DNA of 64,000 nucleotides from positions 2,852,001 through 2,916,000 of the forward strand of contig CATNEN010000012.1 of the NCBI GenBank assembly GCA_950097015.1, given 5' to 3'. The notes beneath the pieces are model-generated. The model saw nothing but the letters and a program-made list of their open reading frames with translations. It did no database searches and was not told the DNA's origin. Position numbers and translations under genes: made by a program. The stretch is from Macrostomum hystrix (lineage: Eukaryota > Animalia > Platyhelminthes). Positions 40,201 to 51,400 of the stretch are shown here, in pieces. Each line of letters starts with the position of its first letter. Position 1 is the first letter of the stretch.

Positions 40201-41147
40201 CATCCGCCTCTTCATCATCCACCCTTCATCATCCGCCCTTCATCATCCGCCCTTCATCATCCGCCCCTTCATCATCCGCCCTTCATCATCCGCCCTTCAT
40301 CATCCGCCCTTTCATCGTCCGCCCCTTAATCATCCGCCCCTTCATCATCCGCCCATTCATTATGCGCCACTACATCATCCGCCCCCTTCATTATCCACCC
40401 CTTCATTATCCGCCCCTTCATTATCCATCGCTTTATTTGCCGCCCTCCATCATCCACCCCTTCATCATTCGCTCCGGCATCATCCGCCGCTTCATTACCC
40501 GCCCCTTCATCATTCACTCCTTCATCATCCGCCTCATCCTCATGCGCCCAATCACGCAGGTGTCGGGCCTGCGTTTCCGCTTTGATGGCTCGCGCCCGCC
40601 TGGCAACCGGGTCGACCCGGCCAGCGTGCGCATTGGCGACCGGACATTGGTCCTCGACGCCCAGTATCGCATGGCAACTAAATACTATCTATTCTGCGGC
40701 CGCGACGGCTACGACATGCTGCCCAGCTGCCAACTCCTAGTCGACGACGAGGACGGGCCGGTGTGGAGTGTGGCGGTGCAGAACTATTTCACAGCCAGCG
40801 GGGTGCTCCGCGGCTGGCTTAGGCTGAAGAATCAGCACAGGTGCCGGCTCAGGCCAATGAGCCGCCGCCGGTCCTGCGTGGCCGAGCCGGAGGAACCGGA
40901 GATGCCGCCAGCTTCAAAGCGGCCGCGTAGAAGCAAAAATTCGAAAGATAATTGGGACACTGTGCGTCGCGAGTTCGCGCCCTGCTCAACAAAAGAGGAG
41001 GCGGCTTTTGCAGCGCCAAGGCCAACGGTTGAGGGCCGCATTGTCGAGACATCGGCGCTGGCAGCTGCGACTGCCGAGGCAGCGACCGAGACGGATAAGG
41101 GAGGGGAGACAGCGGAAGGAGTGGTCGAAGGGGATAAATTAGATTGA
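37235..41147 (+). CDS. 5'-nucleotidase/apyrase-family metallophosphoesterase, ~591 aa. Exons 37235-37883, 38931-39124, 39720-40064, 40560-41147
   Basis: Motifs ILHFNDVY, FSGDVFSPS, GNHDFDFG, LTHMRW and IILG|GHDH (spliced, phase 1). The C-terminal 5'-nucleotidase domain contains RTQETNLGNF..NSGSFRAD..LENGVS..EGRFPQ|VSGLRFRFD..MATKYYLFCGRDGYDML. All three introns are GT-AG with compatible phases. Confidence 0.92.
38127..38777. repeat. 32-bp intronic minisatellite (TTGGGAGAATTATCCTCCTTTAATATTCCCAA)
   Basis: Tandem units in intron 1 of the nucleotidase, decaying at the right end. Confidence 0.94.
39215..39625. repeat. 14-bp intronic minisatellite (TCGCCTGTCTGTTC)
   Basis: Tandem units in nucleotidase intron 2. 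Confidence 0.93.
40072..40545. repeat. ~15-bp intronic minisatellite (CTTCATCATCCGCCC)
   Basis: Degenerate tandem units filling nucleotidase intron 3. Confidence 0.92.
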
Positions 41148-41201
41148 AGGGGATTTTCGTTTTTTACTTGCTCTCTCTTTTGAGGCAGCAGATTTTAAGC
41201 A

Positions 41202-41805
41202 GTTGCAATTCAGGTGAGATTTGAGTTGCAATTCAGGGGAGATTTGAGTTGCAATTCAGGGGAGATTTGAGTTGCAATTCAGGGGAGATTTGAGTTGCAA
41301 TTCAGGTGAGATTTGAGATTTAATTCGGGTGTGATTTGAGATCTAATTCGGGTGTGATTTGAGATCTAATTCGGGTGTGATTTGAGATCTAATTCGGGTG
41401 AGATTTGAGATCTAATTCGGGTGTGATTTGAGATCTAATTCGGGTGAGATTTGAGATCTAATTCGTGTGTGATTTGAGATCTAATTCAGATGAGATTTGA
41501 GATCTAATTCGGGTGTGATTTGAGATCTAATTCAGATGAGATTGGAGATCTAATTCGGGTGTGATTTGAGATCTAATTCGGGTGAGATTTGAGATCTAAT
41601 TCGGGTGAGATTTGAGATCTAATTCGGGTGAGATTTGAGATCTAATTCGGGTGTGATTTGAGATCTAATTCGGGTGAGATTTGAGATCTAATTCGGGTGA
41701 GATTTGAGATCTAATTCGGGTGAGATTTGAGATCTAATTCGGGTGAGATTTGAGATCTAATTCGGGGGAGATTTGAGATATAATTCAGATGAGATTTGAG
41801 ATCTA
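41202..41805. repeat. 23-bp compound minisatellite (GTTGCAATTCAGGGGAGATTTGA, then TCTAATTCGGGTGAGATTTGAGA)
   Basis: About 5 units of type 1 followed by about 21 units of type 2, just 3' of the nucleotidase stop. Confidence 0.95.
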
Positions 41806-42262
41806 CAAGTAATTAGAACCATTAGATTATTGATAAGAGACTGCAAGTAAATGTTTGCGAAGGTTTTCGAAAGTCTAGAACATTGAGTTACTGTACTCAT
41901 GAACTCATAACAATTTATAGATAGAAAATACTAAATGTCAATGAAATTATTCAAATTAATCTGGTGCTTTTTGTATGTTCTTCTGCGAGCTGCACAAAGC
42001 ATCTTTTAATTGATCACATCTATTGATTTTTCTGATCTTCACATTTAACAAGAAACGAAAAAAGCAATCCTAACAAATTAGAAATATATTAATTTTTATT
42101 TCTAGCAAGTGTATTCGTATTTTTTCTTTTTTTCTGCATATCACAAAATATAACACTTAAATACTAATCAGAAATGAAGTAAAAGAGACACCTGGTTCAA
42201 AGATTGCTTCTGCTGTTTTTCTGCTTTTCTGATGAAAATTCTATAAGAGTTTAAGATTATCT

Positions 42263-43742
42263 GCCTTCCCTAATGTCAACCTTCCCTAATGTCCGCCTTT
42301 CCTAATTCTCTCTTCCCTAATGTCAACCTTCCCTAATGTCAACCTTCCCTAATGTCAACCTTCCCTAATGTCAACCTTCCCTAATGTCAACCTTCCCTAA
42401 TGTCAACCTTCCCTAATGTCAACCTTCCCTAATGTCAACCTTCCCTAATGTCCGCCTTCCCTAAAGTCAACCTTCCCTAATGTCAACCTTCCCTAATGTC
42501 AACCTTCCTTAATGTCAACCTTCCCGAATGTCCGCCTTCCCTAATTCTCTCTTCCCTAATGTCAACCTTCCCTAATGTCTTCCTTCCCTAATGTCAACCT
42601 TCCCTAATGTCAACCTTCCCTAATGTCTTCCTTCCCTAATGTCAACCTTCCCTAATGTCAACCTTTCCTAATGTCTATCTTCCCTAATGTCCGCCTTCCC
42701 TAAAGTCAACCTTCCCTAATGTCAACCTTCCCTAATGTCCGCCTTCCCTAATGTCAACCTTCCCTAGTGTCAACCTTCCCTAATGTCAACCTTCCCTAAT
42801 GTCAACCTTCCCTAATGTCAACCTTCCCTAGTGTCAACCTTCCCTAATGTCAACCTTCCCTAGTGTCAACCTTCCCTAATGTCCGCCTTCCCTAATGTCA
42901 ACCTTCCCTAATGTCAACCTTCCCTAGTGTCAACCTTCCCTAATGTCAACCTTCCCTAGTGTCAACCTTCCCTAATGTCCGCCTTCCCTAATGTCAACCT
43001 TCCCTAATGTCCGCCTTCCCTAATGTCAACCTTCCCTAATGTCCGCCTTCCCTAATGTCAACCTTCCCTAATGTCTATCTTCCCTAATGTCAACCTTCCC
43101 TAATGTCAACCTTCCCTAGTGTCAACCTTCCCTAGTGTCAACCTTCCCTAATGTCAACCTTCCCTAATGTCCGCCTTCCCTAATGTCAACCTTCCCTAAT
43201 GTCCGCCTTCCCTAATGTCAACCTTCCCTAATGTCAACCTTCCCTAGTGTCAACCTTCCCTAATGTCAACCTTCCCTAGTGTCAACCTTCCCTAATGTCC
43301 GCCTTCCCTAATGTCAACCTTCCCTAATGTCAACCTTCCCTAGTGTCAACCTTCCCTAATGTCAACCTTCCCTAATGTCAACCTTCCCTAATGTCCGCCT
43401 TCCCTAATGTCAACCTTCCCTAATGTCAACCTTCCCTAGTGTCAACCTTCCCTAGTGTCAACCTTCCCTAATGTCAACCTTCCCTAATGTCCGCCTTCCC
43501 TAATGTCAACCTTCCCTAATGTCCGCCTTCCCTAATGTCAACCTTCCCTAATGTCTATCTTCCCTAATGTCAACCTTCCCTAATGTCTACCTTCCCTAAT
43601 GTCTACCTTCCCTAATGTCTACCTTCCCTAATGTCTACCTTCCCTAATGTCAACCTTCCCTAATGTCTACCTTCCCTAATGTCTAACTTCCTTTGTGTAT
43701 TGTGTCCGCCTTTCCTAATACTCTCTTCCCTAATGTCTATCT
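42263..43742. repeat. 16-bp minisatellite (CTTCCCTAATGTCAAC), ~90 copies
   Basis: Direct tandem units with TCCGC/TCTAC/TAGTG variants. Confidence 0.97.
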
Positions 43743-44205
43743 TTCTTAAATCACAAGCAACAATGTACCATGACCTTGAGTTGTCCAGCTTAATAAAACT
43801 GTTAAAAAATTGAAACCACAGTGGATTTAACTGTCCACCTGAATTCCACAAATTCTAAACACCAACAGAATATACAGAATTGTTTGGCTTTGACGTTGCT
43901 AATAAGTTATTTCAGTTTATTAGCGCCATTTGAAACTGTATTTGAAGCTCGTAAACAATTCAATGTAGCCCGGTCTGCATGCCTGTCTTTCAGTTCAACC
44001 CCATTGCAAAGCTAATTAATTAAGTTCTCTCACCTATACAAGCGTACACGAAATCAGGTACTAGTACACTCAGCTGTACAATGGAGGCTAGCGGGGGTAG
44101 AGAATGGACAGACGCAGAGCGGAAAATGCACTGTATATATAGCGCCTGCGACCAGCACAAGCAATTAGGTTGCTCTCTCTCTCTCTGCCCGTCCGCCTGT
44201 TCTGC

Positions 44206-47185
44206 ATGCCGCTCCGCCAGCCGTTGGATTTGCGCACAGGTCTGCACCGAGTGCGGGCCAGGTATCCGTCCACCTGGGCCATCCTGGGCCGCAAGCTGCA
44301 GCAGGCCGAGGCCTGGCAGTGGCTGGTGCAGGACTACGTCGACTCCGACGGACGACATCTGTCGGCCGACCAGTCGCAGGGCATTAGCGGAGCCGCGGAT
44401 GCTCTGCTACTGTGGGAGCGCGGATGCAATCTTGGCGACTTGCTTGAGGTGCTACATAGTCGGCAACTCTTCGACGCGGAGGGTTTTCTGCGATCCAATC
44501 TCCTCAATCAGACCGATTTTCTGCCACCGCAACCTGCGCCGCCTCCGCCACCTCCGCCGCCTCCTCCTCCGCCTCAACCAACTGCGCCGCCGCCTCAGCC
44601 AATCATCGAAGACTCGGCTGTTCTCGAGTTCCGAGCTGAGGAGCTTCAGAGTGCACTCACAGTCGGCAGGTGGATTGGAACCGGCGGATTCGCTGATGTC
44701 TACCTAGCTCCGATCGCCACGGATAACGGTAGACAGGTGGGTCACGCCGTGAAGGTCTACCGGCCAGACATCGGTGACAACGTGCGTCGGGCCATTCTTA
44801 AATCGATCAACGCAATGAGCCGACTGAGGCACCATTGCATTGCGGCTCTGGTTGGCTACAGCTTCGCGTCAGAGAATAGCCGGATGTACACAGTGTTCGA
44901 GCACTACCCCAACGGCGATCTCCGTCGCCTTCTAGAACGTTTCGCCGACCTCGACAACTGGTTGTCGTCGGCTGACGCGGCGGCAAGTCGATTCCACCTG
45001 GGCGGGACGCGGCTGCGCATGGCAACGGAGATTGCGTCGGCGATCAAGTTTCTGCACTCGGCGGAGGACTTTTCTCTAGCAGCGAACGGCCAGGATTATC
45101 TGGCATTCCGATTCGTGCACAAGGATGTGAAGCCCAGCAACATCCTGCTGGACGGCCATTGGCGCTGCCGACTTGCCGACTTGGACTTTCTGGACCTGAC
45201 AACCAGCGGCTGCGGCGAGACGATTCATGGCGAACAGAGAATGGAACATGTGAGCCAGTTGCTCATTGGTGCATGCCTTCAATGACTTTTAGCACTGATT
45301 TCTCCCCTATCTCATCTCTCCCGTGTCTCATCTCTCCCGTATCTCATCTCTCCCGTGTCTCATCTCTCCCGTGTCTCATCTCTCCCGTGACTCATATCTC
45401 CCGTGTCTCATCTCTCCCGTGTCTCATCTCTCCCGTGTCTCATCTCTCCCGTGTCTCATCTCTCCCGTGTCTCATCTCTCCCGTGTCTCATATCTCCCGT
45501 GTCTCATCTCTCCCGTGTCTCATCTCTCCCGTGTCTCATCTCTCCCGTGTCTCATCTCTCCCGTGTCTCATCTCTCCCGTGTCTCATCTCTCCCGTGTCT
45601 CATCTCTCCCGTGTCTCATCTCTCCCGTGTCTCATCTCTCCCGTGTCTCATCAGGTGGAGCGGGTGCACACCCTGGGCTATCGGCCGCCAGAGGATCGAG
45701 TCACCTGCAAGTGGGACGTATTCAGTGCCGGCGTCACCCTCCTGGAGCTGTTCACGGGCCTGTCTGGCCAGCCGCTCAGTAGGGACCAGCCCGCCGAGTC
45801 CTGGCTGTGCCGAGCCCTAGCAGCGGGTCAGCGAGGCCCGCCTCCGCCGCAGCCGGGACTGCGCCTGTCGCCCGGTCTGCACGCCAGAGTCTGCCACGAA
45901 GCCCTAGCACCATGCCTGCTGGAAGACTTCAGCGCACGATGTACAGCGGCTGACCTACTGCTCAGACTGGAGCACCTGCTGACCGACGCCAGGGCCGAAG
46001 ACGACGCCAACGAGAACAGCGACGACGTCGCCTGGCTGGAAGAGTTCGACTGGGCACAGTTGGACGCCGCGATTCGTCAGGCCCGCCAGCCAATCGGAGC
46101 CGGGGGCTTCGGCAGCGTGTACAGAGTCAGTTTGCCAGGCAGGCAGGTGGCGGTCAAGCGGCTGCTGCCAAATTCAGCCACGGATTTCCCGCTGGAGTCG
46201 CTTCAACGGCAGGCGGGCCTGCGGCACCCGCGGCTTCTGCAGCTGCTGGGCTTCGCCCAGGGCCCGAGCCTCCTGCTGGTCTACGAGCTGTGCGAGGCAG
46301 GCAACCTGCGCAGCCTCATTGACGCCTTCCAGGCTGGACGGGCGCCGTCGGCCTGCGAATTCCAGCTGGCTGGAGTTCGAATCCGGATGGCGCAAGAGTT
46401 GGCTAGCGCCGTGGCCTACCTGCACAGCCGGATGGAGCCGGAGTTGGCGGCAGGCGGCGACTTTCGCTACTATGGCCTGGCGCACCAGGATGTCAAGAGC
46501 AGCAACGTACTGCTCACTGCCGACTGGCACTGCAAGCTGGGCGACCTGGACACCATTCAGGTACACACGCACATCCTGTGCGCCTCATCAGAAATTATCC
46601 CATCCAATCAGAAACACTCCATCCAATCAGAAACACTCCATCCAATCAGAAAACACCCCATCCAATCAGAAACACTCCATCCAATCAGAAAACACCCCCA
46701 TCCAATCAGAAACACTCCATCCAATCAGAAACACTCCATCCAATCAGAAAACCATAATTCGCTTCAAGAACTTCTCATTCCAGGTCGCCACGCCGGGCGC
46801 AGGCGTCACTCGGCCGGAGCAACGGCCCAGTTGCACGCAGGCGGGCAGCTGTCGTTATGTCACACCCGGATATCACGTGCCAGGCGAGGCCTGGTCCTGC
46901 AAGGTGGATGTGTACGCCCTTGGTGTCACTCTGCTGGAGTTGTTTACTGGCCTTCCAGCCTCGGCTGGCGACACTGAGCTGCGGCTGAGCCTAGTCGGGT
47001 CGCCGCCGCCTTCGCAGGCCGGCCTCCTAATCAGCGACGGCTGCTATCGGGACCTGCTCGTCAGCGTGTTCGAGCCCTGCCTCAACCTGGACCCGGTCAG
47101 GCGGCCGGACTCTGCCGCGGTGCTGCGGGAGCTGGATAGACTGTACCGCTGCTGCGGCCCTGTTGAGGAGCTGGACTCAATGTGA
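44206..47185 (+). CDS. Death-domain protein with two tandem IRAK/Pelle-like kinase domains, ~783 aa. Exons 44206-45249, 45655-46560, 46784-47185
   Basis: The N-terminal helical segment (..ADALLLWERGCNLGDLLEVLHSRQLFDAEGFL) resembles Pelle/IRAK4 death domains and is followed by a poly-Pro linker. Kinase 1: IGTGGFADVY, HAVKV, HKDVKPSNILLD, LADLD, TLGYRPPE, WDVFSAGVTLLELFTG. Kinase 2: IGAGGFGSVY, VAVKRL, HQDVKSSNVLL, LGDLD, VDVYALGVTLLELFTG. Both introns are phase-0 GT-AG. The upstream polypyrimidine/CAG could alternatively be an acceptor for a further 5' exon. Confidence 0.87.
45308..45652. repeat. 16-bp intronic minisatellite (TCTCCCGTGTCTCATC)
   Basis: Tandem units running directly into the AG acceptor at 45653-45654. 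Confidence 0.95.
46598..46750. repeat. 19-bp intronic minisatellite (CCATCCAATCAGAAACACT)
   Basis: About 8 units in kinase intron 2. Confidence 0.92.
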
Positions 47186-47314
47186 TGTCCGTGTTCGAGC
47201 CCTGCCTCAACCTGGACCCGGTCAGGCGGCCGGACTCTGCCGCGGTGCTGCGGGAGCTGGATAGACTGTACCGCTGCTGCGGCCCTGTTGAGGAGCTGGA
47301 CTCAATGTGATGTC
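47065..47314 (+). repeat. Perfect 125-bp tandem duplication spanning the kinase stop codon
   Basis: 47065-47189 is identical to 47190-47314. Confidence 0.93.
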
Positions 47315-47319
47315 TGATT

Positions 47320-47325
47320 AATAAA
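47320..47325 (+). promoter_or_regulatory. Polyadenylation signal AATAAA of the tandem-kinase gene
   Basis: AATAAA immediately after the duplicated 3' end, followed by AT-rich DNA. Confidence 0.55.
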
Positions 47326-47582
47326 TGAATATTATATTACTATATAATTGCTTAGTAACTACAATCGCCATTACTAATTCCTGTAAAGGAATAAAAATGT
47401 TCTAGCAATATATACATACTTCACAATTTAAGTCTTGCACTATTTTAAGAGCCTTAAAAGTTGCAACCCGAAATAGTATTGCTTCTTATTAATGAGGGAC
47501 ACTTTTTTAAAACATGCGCTTTTTCCAACTCAAAGTAAAAACACAGTTCTAAGCACCACATCGTTTTGCCTTTCTTTGCCTT

Positions 47583-48214
47583 TAGTCGATTCCTCAGCCG
47601 CATTCAGTCGATTCCTCAGCCCCATTCAGTCGATTCCTCAGCCGCATTCAATCGATTCCGCAGCCCCGTTCAGTCGATTCCTCAGACCTCATTCAGTCGA
47701 TTCCTCAGACCTCATTCAGTCGATTCCTCAGACCTCATTCAGTCGATTCCTCAGCCCCATTCAGTCGATTCCTCAGACCTCATTCAGTCGATTCCTCAGA
47801 CCTCATTCAGTCGATTCCTCAGACCTCATTCAGTCGATTCCTCAGACCTCATTCAGTCGATTCCTCAGACCTCATTCAGTCGATTCCTCAGACCCCATTC
47901 AATCGATTCCTCAGCCCCATTCAGTCGATTCCGCAGCCGCGTTCAGTCGATTCCTCAGACCTCATTCAGTCGATTCCTCAGACCTCATTCAGTCGATTCC
48001 TCAGACCTCATTCAGTCGATTCCTCAGCCCCGTTCAGTCGATTCCTCAGACCTCATTCAGTCGATTCCTCAGACCTCATTCAGTCGATTCCTCAGACCTC
48101 ATTCAGTCGATTCCTCAGACCTCATTCAGTCGATTCCTCAGACCTCATTCAGTCGATTCCTCAGACCTCATTCAGTCGATTCCTCAGACCTCATTCAGTC
48201 GATTCCTCAGACCC
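47583..48214. repeat. 23-bp minisatellite (TTCAGTCGATTCCTCAGACCTCA)
   Basis: About 27 units between two convergent genes. Confidence 0.96.
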
Positions 48215-48426
48215 CATTAATTAAAAATTAAGTTTCAATGAAAATGGATTTGTCTGTAACAATGCCACGCATAAGGAGTATAGTTTAGAATGCGTCAATG
48301 TATTAAATAAACGGTTCACAATAACAATTTTAACAATAAACTATACTCTACCTCGCATTAACGAAGTTCTGACCAACCGTTTCAATAAACAAATAGAAAT
48401 CAATGCGATAAAATCGTTTATCGTGG

Positions 48427-51400
48427 CTAAAACTGATCAAATTCTTCGCTAAACTGATCAAACTGGTCGCAGCCAATGTCCTCATAATGGACCTCCGTCT
48501 CCTGGTAAATTGAGATTTCTCGACTTGGGCGGTATTCCGGTTGACAAGAACGATTAAACAGGCTGTAAAAGCTGCGATGAAAAAGTACAAAGAGATCGAT
48601 ATTTTACAGGTTCACAATCTGTTTAAATTGGTTAACAGGATAGAGAATAATACTAGTCAACATCAGAGCTCATAGCAACACTGGCTGCTCATAGCAACAC
48701 TGACTGCTCATAGCAAAACTTTCTGCTCATAGCAACACTGACTGCTCATAGCAAAACTGGCTGCTCATAGCAACACTGGCTGCTCATAGCAACACTGACT
48801 GAGAGCTCATTGCAACACAAACTGCTCATAGCAACACTGACTGAGAGCTCATTGCAACACAAACTGCTCATAGCAACACTGACTGCTCAAAGCAACACAA
48901 ACTGCTCATGGCAACACTGACTGCTCAAAGCAACACAAACTGCTCATAGCAACACTGACTGCTCAAAGCAACACAAACTGCTCATAGCAACACTGACTGC
49001 TCAAAGCAACACAAACTGCTCATAGCAACACTGACTGCTCAAAGCAACACAAACTGCTCATAGCAACACTGACTGCTCAAAGCAACACAAACTGCTCATG
49101 GCAACACTGACTGCTCGAAGCAACACTGACTGCTCATAGCAACACTGACTACTCATAGCAACACTGACTCATAGCAACACTGACTAATAGCAACACTAAC
49201 TACTCAAAGCAAGGCTGACTGCATCAGAGCTCATAGCAACACTGACTGCTCATAGCAACACTGACTACTCATAGCAACACTGACTAATAGCAACACTGAC
49301 TACTCAAAGCAAGGCTGACTGCATCAGAGCTCATAGCAACACTGACTGCTCATAGCAACACAGACTACTCAAAGCAAGGCTGACTGCATCAAAGCTCATA
49401 GCAACACTAGACAATACTCTAGCATTAGAGCACTTCGAGTGTCTTAATGACTCACCAGATATTTAAAAAGAAAATGTGATTGCGGAGCTCATTGACTCCT
49501 GCTCGGCCGCAGCCAAGGCGCTGGCCAGGTTGGACATTGGTCAGTCCGCTGATGACCTCGGTCAGATGCTGAAGCTGCCGATCGCCTGTCGTTCTCGAGT
49601 TTTTCTGCTGCTGCTGCTGTTGCTGCAGTTGCATGAGCTGCCTTTCCGCTTTACCTAACTTGATGGCCCTCCGTTTGAGCTCCTGCGAATAGCGAATGAG
49701 GCCAGCCCGGGACTGTCCAATGTTGTACATCGGCTGGCCTGTAGCCATTTCAAACATGAGCTGGCCCAGTGCCCAGTAGTCCACGGAGTTTGAATAGCCG
49801 CTGTACGGATGAAATCTAGCTGCAATTTCAAAATAATAGTCAATATCAAATCCAGTTCATTGTTTATTTGCAAAGACTGGCGCAATTTAAAGTGAAATTA
49901 CTGCAGCCCTCCATTGACTCATTGGAGGAGATGCGAAGCAGGCAGTGCAGCATCTCGGGCGCCATCACATCCGGGCAGCCAACCAGAGAATAGGCGCGAC
50001 CGTCTAGTGTTAGGGCGAGTAGGAGATTTTGAGAATAAGGTTAGAAAAACACTTAGGGACAGTACTTCAGGAACCATTGGGACAGTACTTCAGGAACCAT
50101 TGGGACAGTACTTCAGGAACCATTGGGACAGTACTTCCGGAACCATTGGGACAGTACTTCAGGAACCATTGGGACAGTACTTCAGGAACCATTGGGACAG
50201 TACTTCAGGAACCATTGGGACAGTACTTCAGGAACCATTGGGACAGTACTTCAGGAACCATTGGGACAGTACTTCAGGAACCATTGGGACAGTACTTCAG
50301 GAACCATTGGGACAGTACTTCAGGAACCATTGGGACAGTACTTCAGGACACATTGGGACAATGCCTCAGCACTGTACACAAGAATCTGCGACTGATTCAT
50401 CATTCTAGCTAGGTCACCTTGGAGCCGTTTGGCACAGCTGAGGTCAGTAAGGCACACGTAGCCGTTGTAGTCAAACTGAACATTTTCACTCCTGATGTCA
50501 CGATGCGCAATGCGCAAATTTTCCAGATACTCCAACGCCAGGACCAGCTGAGCAGACACGAATCGAATCTCCGACGCACTGAAACAGGATCCAATATTGA
50601 CGCCCGACTCGCCGAACTCCTTCGCCGAACGCGGCATGCTGAATTGGGAGCCTCCAGCAGCTTCTACCATCAGGCGCACTCGCATCGCAATGTGCTGACG
50701 CAGATTTCCAGCCCTGCTGTCCGGCTTCACAAAGTACAAATTGCAGTGGTCCTTGAAGCTGTCAATCAGGCGGCAGATGAACGGACAGCGCAAGGCCGTC
50801 TGCAGACGCTTGGCCTCCAGGAGGTTTCCGATGAGATTTACACCGGACCGTCGGCACTTTTCAACCAGGTGGGCCTAAGCGGCATTGGGATAAAGGAGTG
50901 TGAGATATCGATTCTGGCCTCATTCGAACCCTACCTCTGGCCTTATTCAGGTCCTACCTTAGGCCTTATTCAGGTCCTACCTTAGGCCTTATTCAGGTCC
51001 TGCCTCTGGCCTCATTCAGGTCCTACCTTAGGCCTCATTCAGGTCCTGCCTCTGGCCTCATTCAGGTCCTGCCTCAGGCCTCATTCAGGTCCTGCCTCTG
51101 GCCTCATTCAGGTCCTACCTCTGGCCTCATTCAGGTCCTGCCTCTGGCCTCATTCAGGTCCTGCCTCTGGCCTCATTCAGGTCCTACCTCTGGCCTCATT
51201 CAGGTCCTGCCTCTGGCCTCATTCAGGTCCTACTTCGGGACTTTGAAGAGTTCATAATGTCCTAACAATAACGGCAAGCGTTACCTTGCGTGCCACCTCC
51301 AATGTATATATCGGCAGATGTCTGCGCTCGCTCACGTCGTCGAGTTTTAAATTACCCGCGCCCACAGCCGCCGCCGTCGCCGCTTGTGTGGCGGCGATCA

